Source of the DNA: a virus
Taxonomy: Duplodnaviria; Heunggongvirae; Uroviricota; Caudoviricetes
Virus record (IMG/VR): IMGVR_UViG_3300049049_000146
Location: 227,216-291,215 of that record
Direction: 5' to 3' (one strand)
Length of the DNA stretch: 64,000 nucleotides
Both the position numbers and the translations under genes were made by a program. The notes beneath the pieces were generated by a model, which was not told the origin of the DNA, made no database searches, and worked only from the letters and a program-made list of their open reading frames with translations. Below are positions 51,027 to 59,922 of this stretch, one piece after another (position 1 is the stretch's first letter; each line of letters opens with the position of its first letter).

Positions 51027-53267
51027 TCACGCTGCTGACTTGCCACGATTGATGGCAAGGAGGTCCTGTTCGTCCTTCACACCTTCATTGGTGCGGAGTC
51101 CGCGATCAAGTGCGTCGTCGATAGCCAAGAACATCGCACCATATGCCTGAATTGCGGCAGGCAAACGAGGATACTTCTTCCTCAGCTTCTCGGCAAACCG
51201 CATCAGGGCCTGTACGGACTTCGCGATCTTCTCTGAATTTCGCAGAAGCTCGGCCTCTACCTCGGCGTCCTCAGGCAGAAGAGCAACGAACTTCACAATC
51301 TGCGGAGCGGATGTCTCCATCAGACGCTTCGCGAACTGTAGTTCATTCTGGGGCTTGCGTGCTTTCTGTTCGACTGCCTTCATCGCGCCAGGAGACGGTG
51401 CGTGCTGAAGGCCCTTCGAGTATACGTCCTTGCGTTCCCCGAGCGCCTGAAGTGACGTATCAATCTCCTGAAGCTTCTGTTGAAGCTTGCGGGCTTTGAT
51501 TGGGTCCTCGGAGAACTGCTGGAGAAGGGCTTCGGCCTTCTGACGCTCCTTCACAAGGAGCTTTTCGGTCTCCTGGAGCATCTTCAGGTTCTGTCGAGCC
51601 TCATCAACCTGCAGGTTCATGTCACGACGAGGCTTCGATGTATCCCGCTTGTTGAATTGGAACTTGTCGATGCCTTCGCTGATCGCGGTGCCGACGTCCT
51701 TAGCCTTGTCCACCGCCCACTGACCGATGTCGCGGCCCTTGGAGATGAAATCTCGAAGACCCAGCGCTTCCTTGACGTATCCCGCCTGGCGAAGATCTTC
51801 GACGAGAGCCATAGCCTCGCGAAGCTCGTCGTCGCCTGCTTCCATGTCGTCGTCGGACCCGCCAGGATTGATCCCCTGCGTCATAGCATCTACAAGGATC
51901 ATGTAGAGCGTGGGCACGAGAAGAATGGCTGAGCGATGAACGTCGTCTCTCTTGTAACGATTCGACATCTTATGCATCGCGTCCACACGCTGCATAATGG
52001 ATTCGGTCGTCTGATCGATCGCCTGCTCAACCTTAGGGTCGTTTGGGATGGCGGGCACTAAGACGTTCGAGACGAAATTCTGGTACTGACCCTCCAAACG
52101 CTTCGCAAACGAAAGGATAGCGTCTGCTTTATCCTTTCGCGCCTTTGCCCGTTCAGTAAGATCGTTCTCAACATCGTCAGGCGCGATTTCATCACGCGAC
52201 TGCTCGCGTACCTTCTCGATCGTGTCCGAGTTACCGAGCGGGTTCTTCAGCTTCTCAATCTTTTCAGCTTCCTCATCGTGAGGAAGATTCTCCTTCATGA
52301 TCTCGTCGAGTTCACGGAGCTTCTGTTCCGTAGACTTATCACGAAGCTGGCTCTCTCGATCGAGAATTTCATGAACAAGCTCACGAGTGTTGTCCTCAAG
52401 CTTGTCGATGTCCTGCTGAATATCCTTGAGTTCAAGCTCCATTTCGTTGAACTTGTGAGCGTCGAACTCAGGATCGCTGTAGTAGGCATCCATGTTCTTG
52501 AGCAAGCGAAACATTTTCGTCCGCTGCTGCTCAAGCTGTTGATGGTTCTTCTCCTGCTCCTGGCGGAGCGCGTCGATGTTCTGAAGCTCGTTGATCTTGT
52601 CCTGGATCAACTCTTCGATGATCTTGTCGTCCTCAGTTCCCGGCGTGCTGATCGCTGCGTCATTCGCCTCCTGCAACTGCTCGATGAGCTTGTCAGAGGA
52701 CTGAATGATCTGAGAAACGAGGTTGTCTTGTGCCTTGATGTCCACGTCAAGGCTGTTGATCGCCTGCTCCCAGAATTGGAAGTGGCGGCTAAGCATCTCA
52801 ATCTTGCGTTGCGCCTGCTCAGATGAGTCATCCTTGAGCGCGTCCATCTGAGCAATCGCCTTTTCAAGCGACTTCTCAGCGTTCTCGCGCTTCTTCTTGA
52901 GCAATTCGAGGCGCTTCTTCGCCTTCTCCAGCGCCTTCAGTTCTAGCTGCTCGCGCTGATCGAGAATCTGTTCGTGGTAAGCAGCAGCCTGTGCCTTATC
53001 CTGGGCACTGACTCCCTGGGAAATGATGTCCTGTGCCTGTTGCGGTGTCAGTCCAGCAATGTCGTCCGGACCGTAGCCAAGGTCCGCTAGAGACTGTCGC
53101 ATCTCCTGCGTGATCATAAACGGGATGGACGCGCCCCCGTCCGCCGCCCGCTTCTCGAATCGGGCGATAGCTTCACGCATACGAACACGACGCAAACGAG
53201 CATCGCGAAGATGCTCGTTGATGCGATTAGTGACTAGCAGGTGGTTGTACCTAGCGGAGATTGACAT
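51027..53267 (-). CDS. Long coiled-coil protein, putative internal head/ejection protein, 746 aa
   Basis: E/K/Q/L heptads throughout; small IPFMITQEMRQSLADLGY...LTPQQAQDII module near the N-terminus. Confidence 0.6.
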   Translation of the reverse strand: MSISARYNHLLVTNRINEHLRDARLRRVRMREAIARFEKRAADGGASIPFMITQEMRQSLADLGYGPDDIAGLTPQQAQDIISQGVSAQDKAQAAAYHEQILDQREQLELKALEKAKKRLELLKKKRENAEKSLEKAIAQMDALKDDSSEQAQRKIEMLSRHFQFWEQAINSLDVDIKAQDNLVSQIIQSSDKLIEQLQEANDAAISTPGTEDDKIIEELIQDKINELQNIDALRQEQEKNHQQLEQQRTKMFRLLKNMDAYYSDPEFDAHKFNEMELELKDIQQDIDKLEDNTRELVHEILDRESQLRDKSTEQKLRELDEIMKENLPHDEEAEKIEKLKNPLGNSDTIEKVREQSRDEIAPDDVENDLTERAKARKDKADAILSFAKRLEGQYQNFVSNVLVPAIPNDPKVEQAIDQTTESIMQRVDAMHKMSNRYKRDDVHRSAILLVPTLYMILVDAMTQGINPGGSDDDMEAGDDELREAMALVEDLRQAGYVKEALGLRDFISKGRDIGQWAVDKAKDVGTAISEGIDKFQFNKRDTSKPRRDMNLQVDEARQNLKMLQETEKLLVKERQKAEALLQQFSEDPIKARKLQQKLQEIDTSLQALGERKDVYSKGLQHAPSPGAMKAVEQKARKPQNELQFAKRLMETSAPQIVKFVALLPEDAEVEAELLRNSEKIAKSVQALMRFAEKLRKKYPRLPAAIQAYGAMFLAIDDALDRGLRTNEGVKDEQDLLAINRGKSAA

Positions 53268-53270
53268 CGC

Positions 53271-54329
53271 TCACCTTGAGAGACTTCCGTCCCACTCGAC
53301 GGCCAACCCGCCGCCCAAACTCAAAATAAGGCGTCCGTTGTCAACGAAAGACCGGTACGGGATAGAATCTGAGATGTAGCGGAATCCCCTCAGGTAGCCG
53401 CGGTCATCCTCTTCGTTACCTGCTGCGTTACATCCGATAGGGATCTTAGCGGAATCGTTACGCAAATCGAACTGGTTGACCGGAAGACTGGTGAACATAT
53501 TCGCCGCCACAGAATCTCCGTACGTCAACGCGGAGTATTGAACCTCTGTAGCAAGAGCAGCGTTCAGCCCTCTGACATCAGCCAGAGCACCGGCAGCCGA
53601 GAGAACCGGCGTGCCCGCGGAGGAAACAACAAAACGATCGTCGACCGCGAGGCGACGGCCCTCACCTGCACCAACATAAGCGATGTTGAAGACTCCCGTG
53701 CCCGCGGTCGTCTGCGTCCACATGCGAATGTGGCTGTCGTCGATCAACGCATACCAGGTCTGAGTCGCGTCGGCCTGAATAGAACGCGTACTGAGGGACG
53801 GTAGTGTCCATCCTGCAGCCCAGCCCGCGCTAGGACCGACCTGGATATCGATCGTGTCAGTAGACGGAGCAGTCATCGAGAATCGCGCTTGCCACAAAGG
53901 AGCAGTCGACCCAGCAAGCGCCTGTACAACGAATTCTGTAGCGCCTGTGTTCAGCGTGGGGTCGACGACACGGAAGCTAACGTTCATGTCGTCAACGAAC
54001 GCTGCGCCATAGGGGCCGCTTGCGAGGACCACTTCAGTAGCACTGGCAACACCGATGATCTCGTACACACCTACATTCGAGAATTCGGAGTTGTACACCG
54101 TCAGCCACTTACCGACGTGGCCTACGACGAACGGACCGGTAGCTGAAGTAAGACGATTTGGGGTTAACGAGGAGACAACACCGTCAGTCCCCGTCGCCAT
54201 TGGTGTGAAATTTCCTGCGGGATTCGCGTACACGTCTCCCCAGCCCAGTGCGTAGACAAGGGTCTCACGGAGAAGGGTGTGAAAAGTGCGCGCAGGCTGC
54301 GCAATTCTCTTCAAGATCTTGGTAGGCAT
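53271..54329 (-). CDS. Virion structural protein, 352 aa
   Basis: Paralogue of 48208..49317 (shared FVVQ...WQAR, GW..GWTLP, NQFD/NPRS...D, RG...G, LGGG..WDG). Confidence 0.65.
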   Translation of the reverse strand: MPTKILKRIAQPARTFHTLLRETLVYALGWGDVYANPAGNFTPMATGTDGVVSSLTPNRLTSATGPFVVGHVGKWLTVYNSEFSNVGVYEIIGVASATEVVLASGPYGAAFVDDMNVSFRVVDPTLNTGATEFVVQALAGSTAPLWQARFSMTAPSTDTIDIQVGPSAGWAAGWTLPSLSTRSIQADATQTWYALIDDSHIRMWTQTTAGTGVFNIAYVGAGEGRRLAVDDRFVVSSAGTPVLSAAGALADVRGLNAALATEVQYSALTYGDSVAANMFTSLPVNQFDLRNDSAKIPIGCNAAGNEEDDRGYLRGFRYISDSIPYRSFVDNGRLILSLGGGLAVEWDGSLSR

Positions 54330-54332
54330 TGA

Positions 54333-57300
54333 TCACTTTCTCTTGAAGACAGGACGTCCAACAGGAGTGAATACGTCAAAAGCGTAGCCAGGCAAGAGCG
54401 AAAGGTACTGCGACGAGAGCGTGGCGAGTCCGGTAGACACACCCATCGAAACCTCGTCACGAGCGCCCGCGTCCTCGGATCGAATCATATACGACTGTGC
54501 AGTCATACCTGAAAGCGCCGAGAGGGCGGACTGCTCGCCTGCAGCCAAGTCCGGCTGAGACCCTGCCGCAGTCGGAAGGGACGTAAGCGAACCGTACGGT
54601 GCAGGCCACGACTTTCCGCGCAACGCGAATGTCGTTCCTGTCACAGTTGGAGAAACGTTGATTACGTAACCGAACTGGCCGCCCACAGGGCTGAAACTCG
54701 TTGGTGACGAGCGGACCCATACGCCGCGAATTGGAGAATTCGTAGGCCAATCGGTAGCGCCGTTAGCAACCAACGAGGATTGAAGCGCCGCGCGATCTGC
54801 AGCCCACACGTCGGAAAGACGTACGCCCTTCTTGAAGGCCACCTGAGGTGCCCCTGTGCTGCCCGCTACAGTTTCTGGGTCGATGCGATTGAACGTAGAG
54901 CCAGCAAGCTGCAGGAGCGCCGGCTGGTACGTAACGCGTACGCCGGCAACCCACACACCAGCGGCACCCGACGTCATACCGAGCATCAAGAGGCTCGTTG
55001 ACGTGGAGTTTGCGTTGATCATGTCAGTGACCGGGGCAAACCCAGCACCAGACGGGAAGTTCGTCGCCGAACCAAGAGCAGTCAATGTGCTGTTGGTATG
55101 CGTCCACCGATAGCCCTGGATAGTCGCGTTGCCTCCGCTGGAGTGCATCTCGACCTCCCACACACGCCAACCGTCACGAATCTTACGCAAGGTCGCAAGC
55201 ATGCGCTGGCTTCCAGCAGTTGATTCGCGGCGAGGCATATTTGCACCAGCCGACTGCACCCAGTGAGTAGATGCTTCCGGCACGAAATCCAGTGCGGTAA
55301 GCTTCTCGACAGTATCGAACGTCTCAGCGGTCATGAGAGTTCCGACCATCGAGTTCAATGCGACCTGGAACGCGCTTCCCACGAATGGCAGGTGCTGAAT
55401 GACGCTGCTGTACAAGGGCGCGGACGTAGAAGGATACCTATTGAGGTTGTCTCGACGAACGAAGTCAGTGCGACTCATCGTACGCGTCACAGTGTAATCA
55501 ACACCGTGAGCGCCGACAGGGCCTACGTCTGCCGTAATCTGGTGAGGTACTCGAATAGAGTCGTTGAAGTTCAAGCGAGAAATCGCAGAATTCGTGATTG
55601 CTCGCGGGCTCCACATCGAGGTTCCGTAGCCCGTGGTCGTAACAGCGACGTCAGAAACGGCTTCTACAACGCCAAGACCTCTGCGCGCCAAAGCTACAGC
55701 GTCATTCCCAACACCCTGGTAAGGTGCCATCTCGTAGTAGACGACCGCCTGCTCCGAGGAATCCATAGGAATTCGGAGGGGCTGGACGACGAGAACGGAC
55801 ACCGTGCCACCGGGGTCGGAGTGACTCAGTGTAGTAGCAGCGCCCCATCCTGCGATGTGCTCAGTCGACGTACCGAGGTGATTGAAGTTGTAGCTGATAC
55901 CAGCGCGAGGGTTATCCGCAGCGTCAACCCATGTACGGTAGGGGCCGCCTGCATTAGAAATGTAGACGAGTGCTTCTGCTTCTCTATTGAACGTGAACGA
56001 CGTGAAGGATGCGCCGCCATTCACGCCAAGCAGCACGTCCGTGCAAACGTCAGAGAAGGGAACGGAGTAAGCACGCTGATTTACGAGTGGGTTGCGGTGC
56101 AGAACCTCACGACCATAAATCAGAGTGTTGCTGCTGTTGAATTCCGTGAAGCCCCACTGGTACGGACCGCGCACCTGCTTAGACGGCTGGCTGAACTCCA
56201 TCCAGCGGTACACCTGGTCGCCGTCGCACAGCACAACCACGTCACATGACGTAGCGGTCGTCGTATTTCTGAACAGAATGCGGCAACGAGACAACGCAGG
56301 AAGACCCGCACCATCGTCAAGCTCGATGTAACGAACCTGCGCGTTGGCCGTCTGCCCCGTGAGAGAAATACTCTCCACGCCGAAGATGCGAACATCGCCA
56401 TCTGTGGTGGCCAATGGGCCGTAACCCAAGGTCGCGAAAGCGGTACGCACCATCGACTGTGTGATCGTAGCCCTGAACGAGCCGTCGATCGGTACGTTTC
56501 GGATCAGAACCTTGATTGCACCGACATTCAAGCGCTCGTTAGAAGGTCCGTTGTCAACGCGGTGAATGACCTTCGGAATGCCGTAAAGACCATCGTTCGT
56601 GGTATAGCCAACCGACATACGGTTAGCCTTCACCACCCACACGATGATGTTCATGTTCACGTTGGCGGCAGTGGCGATAGAGGGGTGCGTAATCGTCGAA
56701 GTAAACTCGACGATATTACCCTGACCGTCCAGCGTCAACGACGTGGTGCCGAGCGTACCACTACCAGTACCGAGATACATTCGGTTGGTCGTGATGTCGC
56801 GGTAGCAGACTGAAATGCGATTCGGCCCGAGCACCGTTCCGTTTGGGAACGTAAAGTGACAGCCCGCAGGGGCACGAACCGTCAAGGTTCCACCAGAGCC
56901 GCCGCCGTTCCACGTAAAGCACGGCGTGCCCGCGTAGGAAACTGACGAATCGTTCTGAAGGACGTTCGTTCCTGTGAACGACCAAGCGATCGGCATCGCT
57001 TCCGCGGACTCTGACCAGACAGTGCGCTGTCCGTCAGGACCATTCGTTACGCGGTGAACGTTTGGAATCGCGAGACCGGACGTAGCGATCTGATCAATGA
57101 TCGTGTGAGAAGTACCGACTGCTACGCTCTGGTAGGGGTGAGCCACGAACTTGGTGTTCAATTCGCCACGCAGAAGCTTCTCCCACGATTCATCGAGAAT
57201 TGCGTCAAGCGTCGCTTCGTCGATCACCGTCTTACGACGAAGGTCGAGGATTTCTCGTGCCTGAGGAATCGTGGCCGAAGTGTTGGGCAGTCCGAGCTTG

Positions 57301-59351
57301 TTGGGAGTCGTTACGTCAGCGCCGTTCTGGTTCGTATTGCTGTATGAACCAGTGTTTCGACGGTGAACCAAGCAAATTGGAATAGCGTAGATGTAGTCGG
57401 TGCCACCAGGGAGTCCCGCAGTGCGCTCTTCGTCATTCGACGGGTCACGACGCCAGATACCTGGGCCCTCCTTCGTGTAAGAACCCCAAGCCGAACCAAG
57501 AAGAGGGTGAGCAACAGTGCTCGCCGCTGTCATCGCATCGTCTTCGTCGATCCAGGCGTTCCCTGCGACAGCCGTAGGCGATGAGAACGCAATGTAACGG
57601 CCCGTCCAAGCAAAAATGTCGTAGCCCTGATGTTCGAGCCGGCCGCCGAACAAAGCGCTCGTGGCCGAACGCGTCGAATCTGCGTTCGGATTCTTTCTGA
57701 ACGGCGTCTTGCTGATCTCCAGCACCACGAAATCGCGACGATTATCCGTTGCTGGAGGCGCGGGCAGAGAAACCAGCGTATCACTGGTACGTGCAAGGAA
57801 GCCCTGAATACTCAGAACACCCTCAGGAACGAAGACCTGGTTCACTCCACCAGAAATAGGAGTCTCGGTTCCGGTGAGGAAGCCGTCAGCAAGCTGCTCG
57901 CGCTCCGAATCCTCGAATTCAGGGATTCGAAGAATCTCTCCTGTCAGAACGTTGGCCATCGACTCGGCGCGTGGGGCGATGTCGAAGATGAAACGTCGAT
58001 TCAGAGAGCTTGGGCGATAGGTCTGGATGTAGTTTCCAGGACCTTCAGGGTCCGCCGACGCTGTGCCTGGGCGCTTTACGACAAGCAGGGGGACCGCGTA
58101 GATGACGCCGTCGACCTTAGCCGCATCAACTGTGGTCGCGCGAAGGATTCTCTGATCGTTCGGCCCCGTGAAATTGAACGGGGTTCCATCGACGCTATTG
58201 AACGCGCCGTCCAAATCGCCGGTCTTGTACACGGCGGTGGCGGGGCAGTTCGAGAAAACCCCGTAGGAGTATCTCGTGATGACGATCTGAGAACCGGTGC
58301 GGTACTCAATCGCGCTGAAATCGTAGTTAGGCGTAGCTCCAGATTCGAGAAGACGCTCCAACGAGTCGCGAAGCGTGCTGAATGGCACCGATGCACCAGC
58401 GTCATTCGTGTACGTAACAGAGCTAGGAGCTACTGCGAGAGTCTCGCGCCAAACCTGGAGATAAATCAGGTCGTAGCGAGGAGCAGCGCCTACGGGCGGA
58501 GCAGACAGTGTTACTTGCTGAGCGCGAGTCTTCACGAGGTGACCGTTGACCGCCCAGTGAGCGCCCTGAATCCCGAGCGCGTTCGCACTCGCGATTGTGT
58601 AGTACGGAACACCCGCACCATTTGCGATCACTTGCGTACCGATCGTGTGCTCACCACCAACCTGGTCGTTGATGCCGCCGATCAGACCGGAACCGAGCGT
58701 AGAGCGAAGCAGTTGCTTCTGAAGCTCTGTCTCCCGCGCTGTGGTTTCGCTTAGGTCAAGCGCACCACCGAGGACGCCCCAGCTGAGGGCGCTCGCATCC
58801 CAAACGTAGGGAACGAGCGTATCGAGAGCAATTCTAACGTCACCGTCGCGGTTTCCAGTGGTAGGAAGAGATCCAGACGTAGCAACGGGAGCGCGCCAAC
58901 CAGTCTTACCGAGCTTATCTGCCCAGTCACCGACGCTGTAATCAAGGTAGCTAGCAAGAATCGACGTCGCACCAAACGGAACGCTCACGCGAGCGAAGGT
59001 GACGAAGTAGTTGCGGCTAACTGACGTGAGCCAGGTCGACTCCGGAACGACAAGAAGATTTGCGATCGTTGTCGTAAGGCTACGGTACTCCAGATGAAGG
59101 ATGATGTAGCTTACTAGCGTACCAGGCGCGGAGGGCGCCGGAATTGAGAGTGCTTCGGTTGAATCAGAAATCGCTACGACACCGTCGTAGCCCGCTGCGA
59201 TGAACGGAGCAATGCTCACGCTCAACGACGAACCAGACGGAGTAAGCTGGCCTCCGTCAAAGATTCCGCGGTCGATGATCCTAGCCGAGCGGCTGTTCAG
59301 ATCCTGTGTAGAATCTGAATTGCGGTAGATTAGTACAGGCTTGATCGCCAC
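54333..59351 (-). CDS. Large tail/baseplate structural protein, 1672 aa
   Basis: Two RYDLIYLQVWRE / RRDFVVLEISK units each followed by YAVPLLVVKR / YAIPICLVHRRN, a pattern seen in large-myovirus tail fibre/baseplate proteins; LPTTGNRDGDVR module. Confidence 0.7.
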   Translation of the reverse strand: MAIKPVLIYRNSDSTQDLNSRSARIIDRGIFDGGQLTPSGSSLSVSIAPFIAAGYDGVVAISDSTEALSIPAPSAPGTLVSYIILHLEYRSLTTTIANLLVVPESTWLTSVSRNYFVTFARVSVPFGATSILASYLDYSVGDWADKLGKTGWRAPVATSGSLPTTGNRDGDVRIALDTLVPYVWDASALSWGVLGGALDLSETTARETELQKQLLRSTLGSGLIGGINDQVGGEHTIGTQVIANGAGVPYYTIASANALGIQGAHWAVNGHLVKTRAQQVTLSAPPVGAAPRYDLIYLQVWRETLAVAPSSVTYTNDAGASVPFSTLRDSLERLLESGATPNYDFSAIEYRTGSQIVITRYSYGVFSNCPATAVYKTGDLDGAFNSVDGTPFNFTGPNDQRILRATTVDAAKVDGVIYAVPLLVVKRPGTASADPEGPGNYIQTYRPSSLNRRFIFDIAPRAESMANVLTGEILRIPEFEDSEREQLADGFLTGTETPISGGVNQVFVPEGVLSIQGFLARTSDTLVSLPAPPATDNRRDFVVLEISKTPFRKNPNADSTRSATSALFGGRLEHQGYDIFAWTGRYIAFSSPTAVAGNAWIDEDDAMTAASTVAHPLLGSAWGSYTKEGPGIWRRDPSNDEERTAGLPGGTDYIYAIPICLVHRRNTGSYSNTNQNGADVTTPNKLGLPNTSATIPQAREILDLRRKTVIDEATLDAILDESWEKLLRGELNTKFVAHPYQSVAVGTSHTIIDQIATSGLAIPNVHRVTNGPDGQRTVWSESAEAMPIAWSFTGTNVLQNDSSVSYAGTPCFTWNGGGSGGTLTVRAPAGCHFTFPNGTVLGPNRISVCYRDITTNRMYLGTGSGTLGTTSLTLDGQGNIVEFTSTITHPSIATAANVNMNIIVWVVKANRMSVGYTTNDGLYGIPKVIHRVDNGPSNERLNVGAIKVLIRNVPIDGSFRATITQSMVRTAFATLGYGPLATTDGDVRIFGVESISLTGQTANAQVRYIELDDGAGLPALSRCRILFRNTTTATSCDVVVLCDGDQVYRWMEFSQPSKQVRGPYQWGFTEFNSSNTLIYGREVLHRNPLVNQRAYSVPFSDVCTDVLLGVNGGASFTSFTFNREAEALVYISNAGGPYRTWVDAADNPRAGISYNFNHLGTSTEHIAGWGAATTLSHSDPGGTVSVLVVQPLRIPMDSSEQAVVYYEMAPYQGVGNDAVALARRGLGVVEAVSDVAVTTTGYGTSMWSPRAITNSAISRLNFNDSIRVPHQITADVGPVGAHGVDYTVTRTMSRTDFVRRDNLNRYPSTSAPLYSSVIQHLPFVGSAFQVALNSMVGTLMTAETFDTVEKLTALDFVPEASTHWVQSAGANMPRRESTAGSQRMLATLRKIRDGWRVWEVEMHSSGGNATIQGYRWTHTNSTLTALGSATNFPSGAGFAPVTDMINANSTSTSLLMLGMTSGAAGVWVAGVRVTYQPALLQLAGSTFNRIDPETVAGSTGAPQVAFKKGVRLSDVWAADRAALQSSLVANGATDWPTNSPIRGVWVRSSPTSFSPVGGQFGYVINVSPTVTGTTFALRGKSWPAPYGSLTSLPTAAGSQPDLAAGEQSALSALSGMTAQSYMIRSEDAGARDEVSMGVSTGLATLSSQYLSLLPGYAFDVFTPVGRPVFKRK

Positions 59352-59363
59352 GGTTTCACCTTA

Positions 59364-59840
59364 TCAGAGTTGCACGAAAACGTCGTAGACGAAGCGTTCA
59401 GTCGGCGTCTTAAACTTCAGCGGAAAGTTAGCGATGGCAAACAGGAACTGCGTGCCGATTTCTGGGTCGCCAGGCGTCGGACTGTACACGACCGTGCCAA
59501 GAAGGCACAAGGAAGAGACAGCACCCGTTGCCTCACCAGGCTCAACAGAGCACGTAAATACTGGGCAGGTCTGGCTCGCAAAAGACACAGAATCGATCGT
59601 GTCTGCGAATGAACAGCCCCCAGCGGTCGAGATTGCCTCAATTGGAGCGCCCACGGGACCGCAATAGCATCCGGTACGTGTGGGATCTGGGGTAATTGCC
59701 AGCGTAGGGTCGACCGCGTCGTGGCCGTTTGAGCCGATGACGAAAGAATCCACGACAAAGCTCTTACCCGTCGCGAGCATCTCCGCGATCCGGGCCTTGC
59801 CTTGGTTGGTTACGAGTGCGAGTGCTTCAATCGTCGGCAT
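59364..59840 (-). CDS. Tail-collar/fibre attachment-like protein, 158 aa
   Basis: LVTNQGKARIAEMLATGKSFVVDSFVIGSNG resembles the N-terminal domain of P2 gpH-type fibres; ends FLFAIANFPLKFK. Confidence 0.65.
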   Translation of the reverse strand: MPTIEALALVTNQGKARIAEMLATGKSFVVDSFVIGSNGHDAVDPTLAITPDPTRTGCYCGPVGAPIEAISTAGGCSFADTIDSVSFASQTCPVFTCSVEPGEATGAVSSLCLLGTVVYSPTPGDPEIGTQFLFAIANFPLKFKTPTERFVYDVFVQL

Positions 59841-59855
59841 GAGGCGTCCTGTGGG

Positions 59856-59898
59856 TAGATAAGGGCCTGTGCCCTTTCTGTTTATCAGAGGGCGGCAC
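59856..59898 (-). promoter_or_regulatory. Hairpin followed by TTATCTA motif
   Basis: GCCCTCTG-ATAAA-CAGAAAGGGC hairpin, then CTTATCTAC 15 nt before the ATG, with AGGA SD between. Confidence 0.45.
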
Positions 59899-59922
59899 GA
59901 ACACTACGCAAAACAGACAAGG

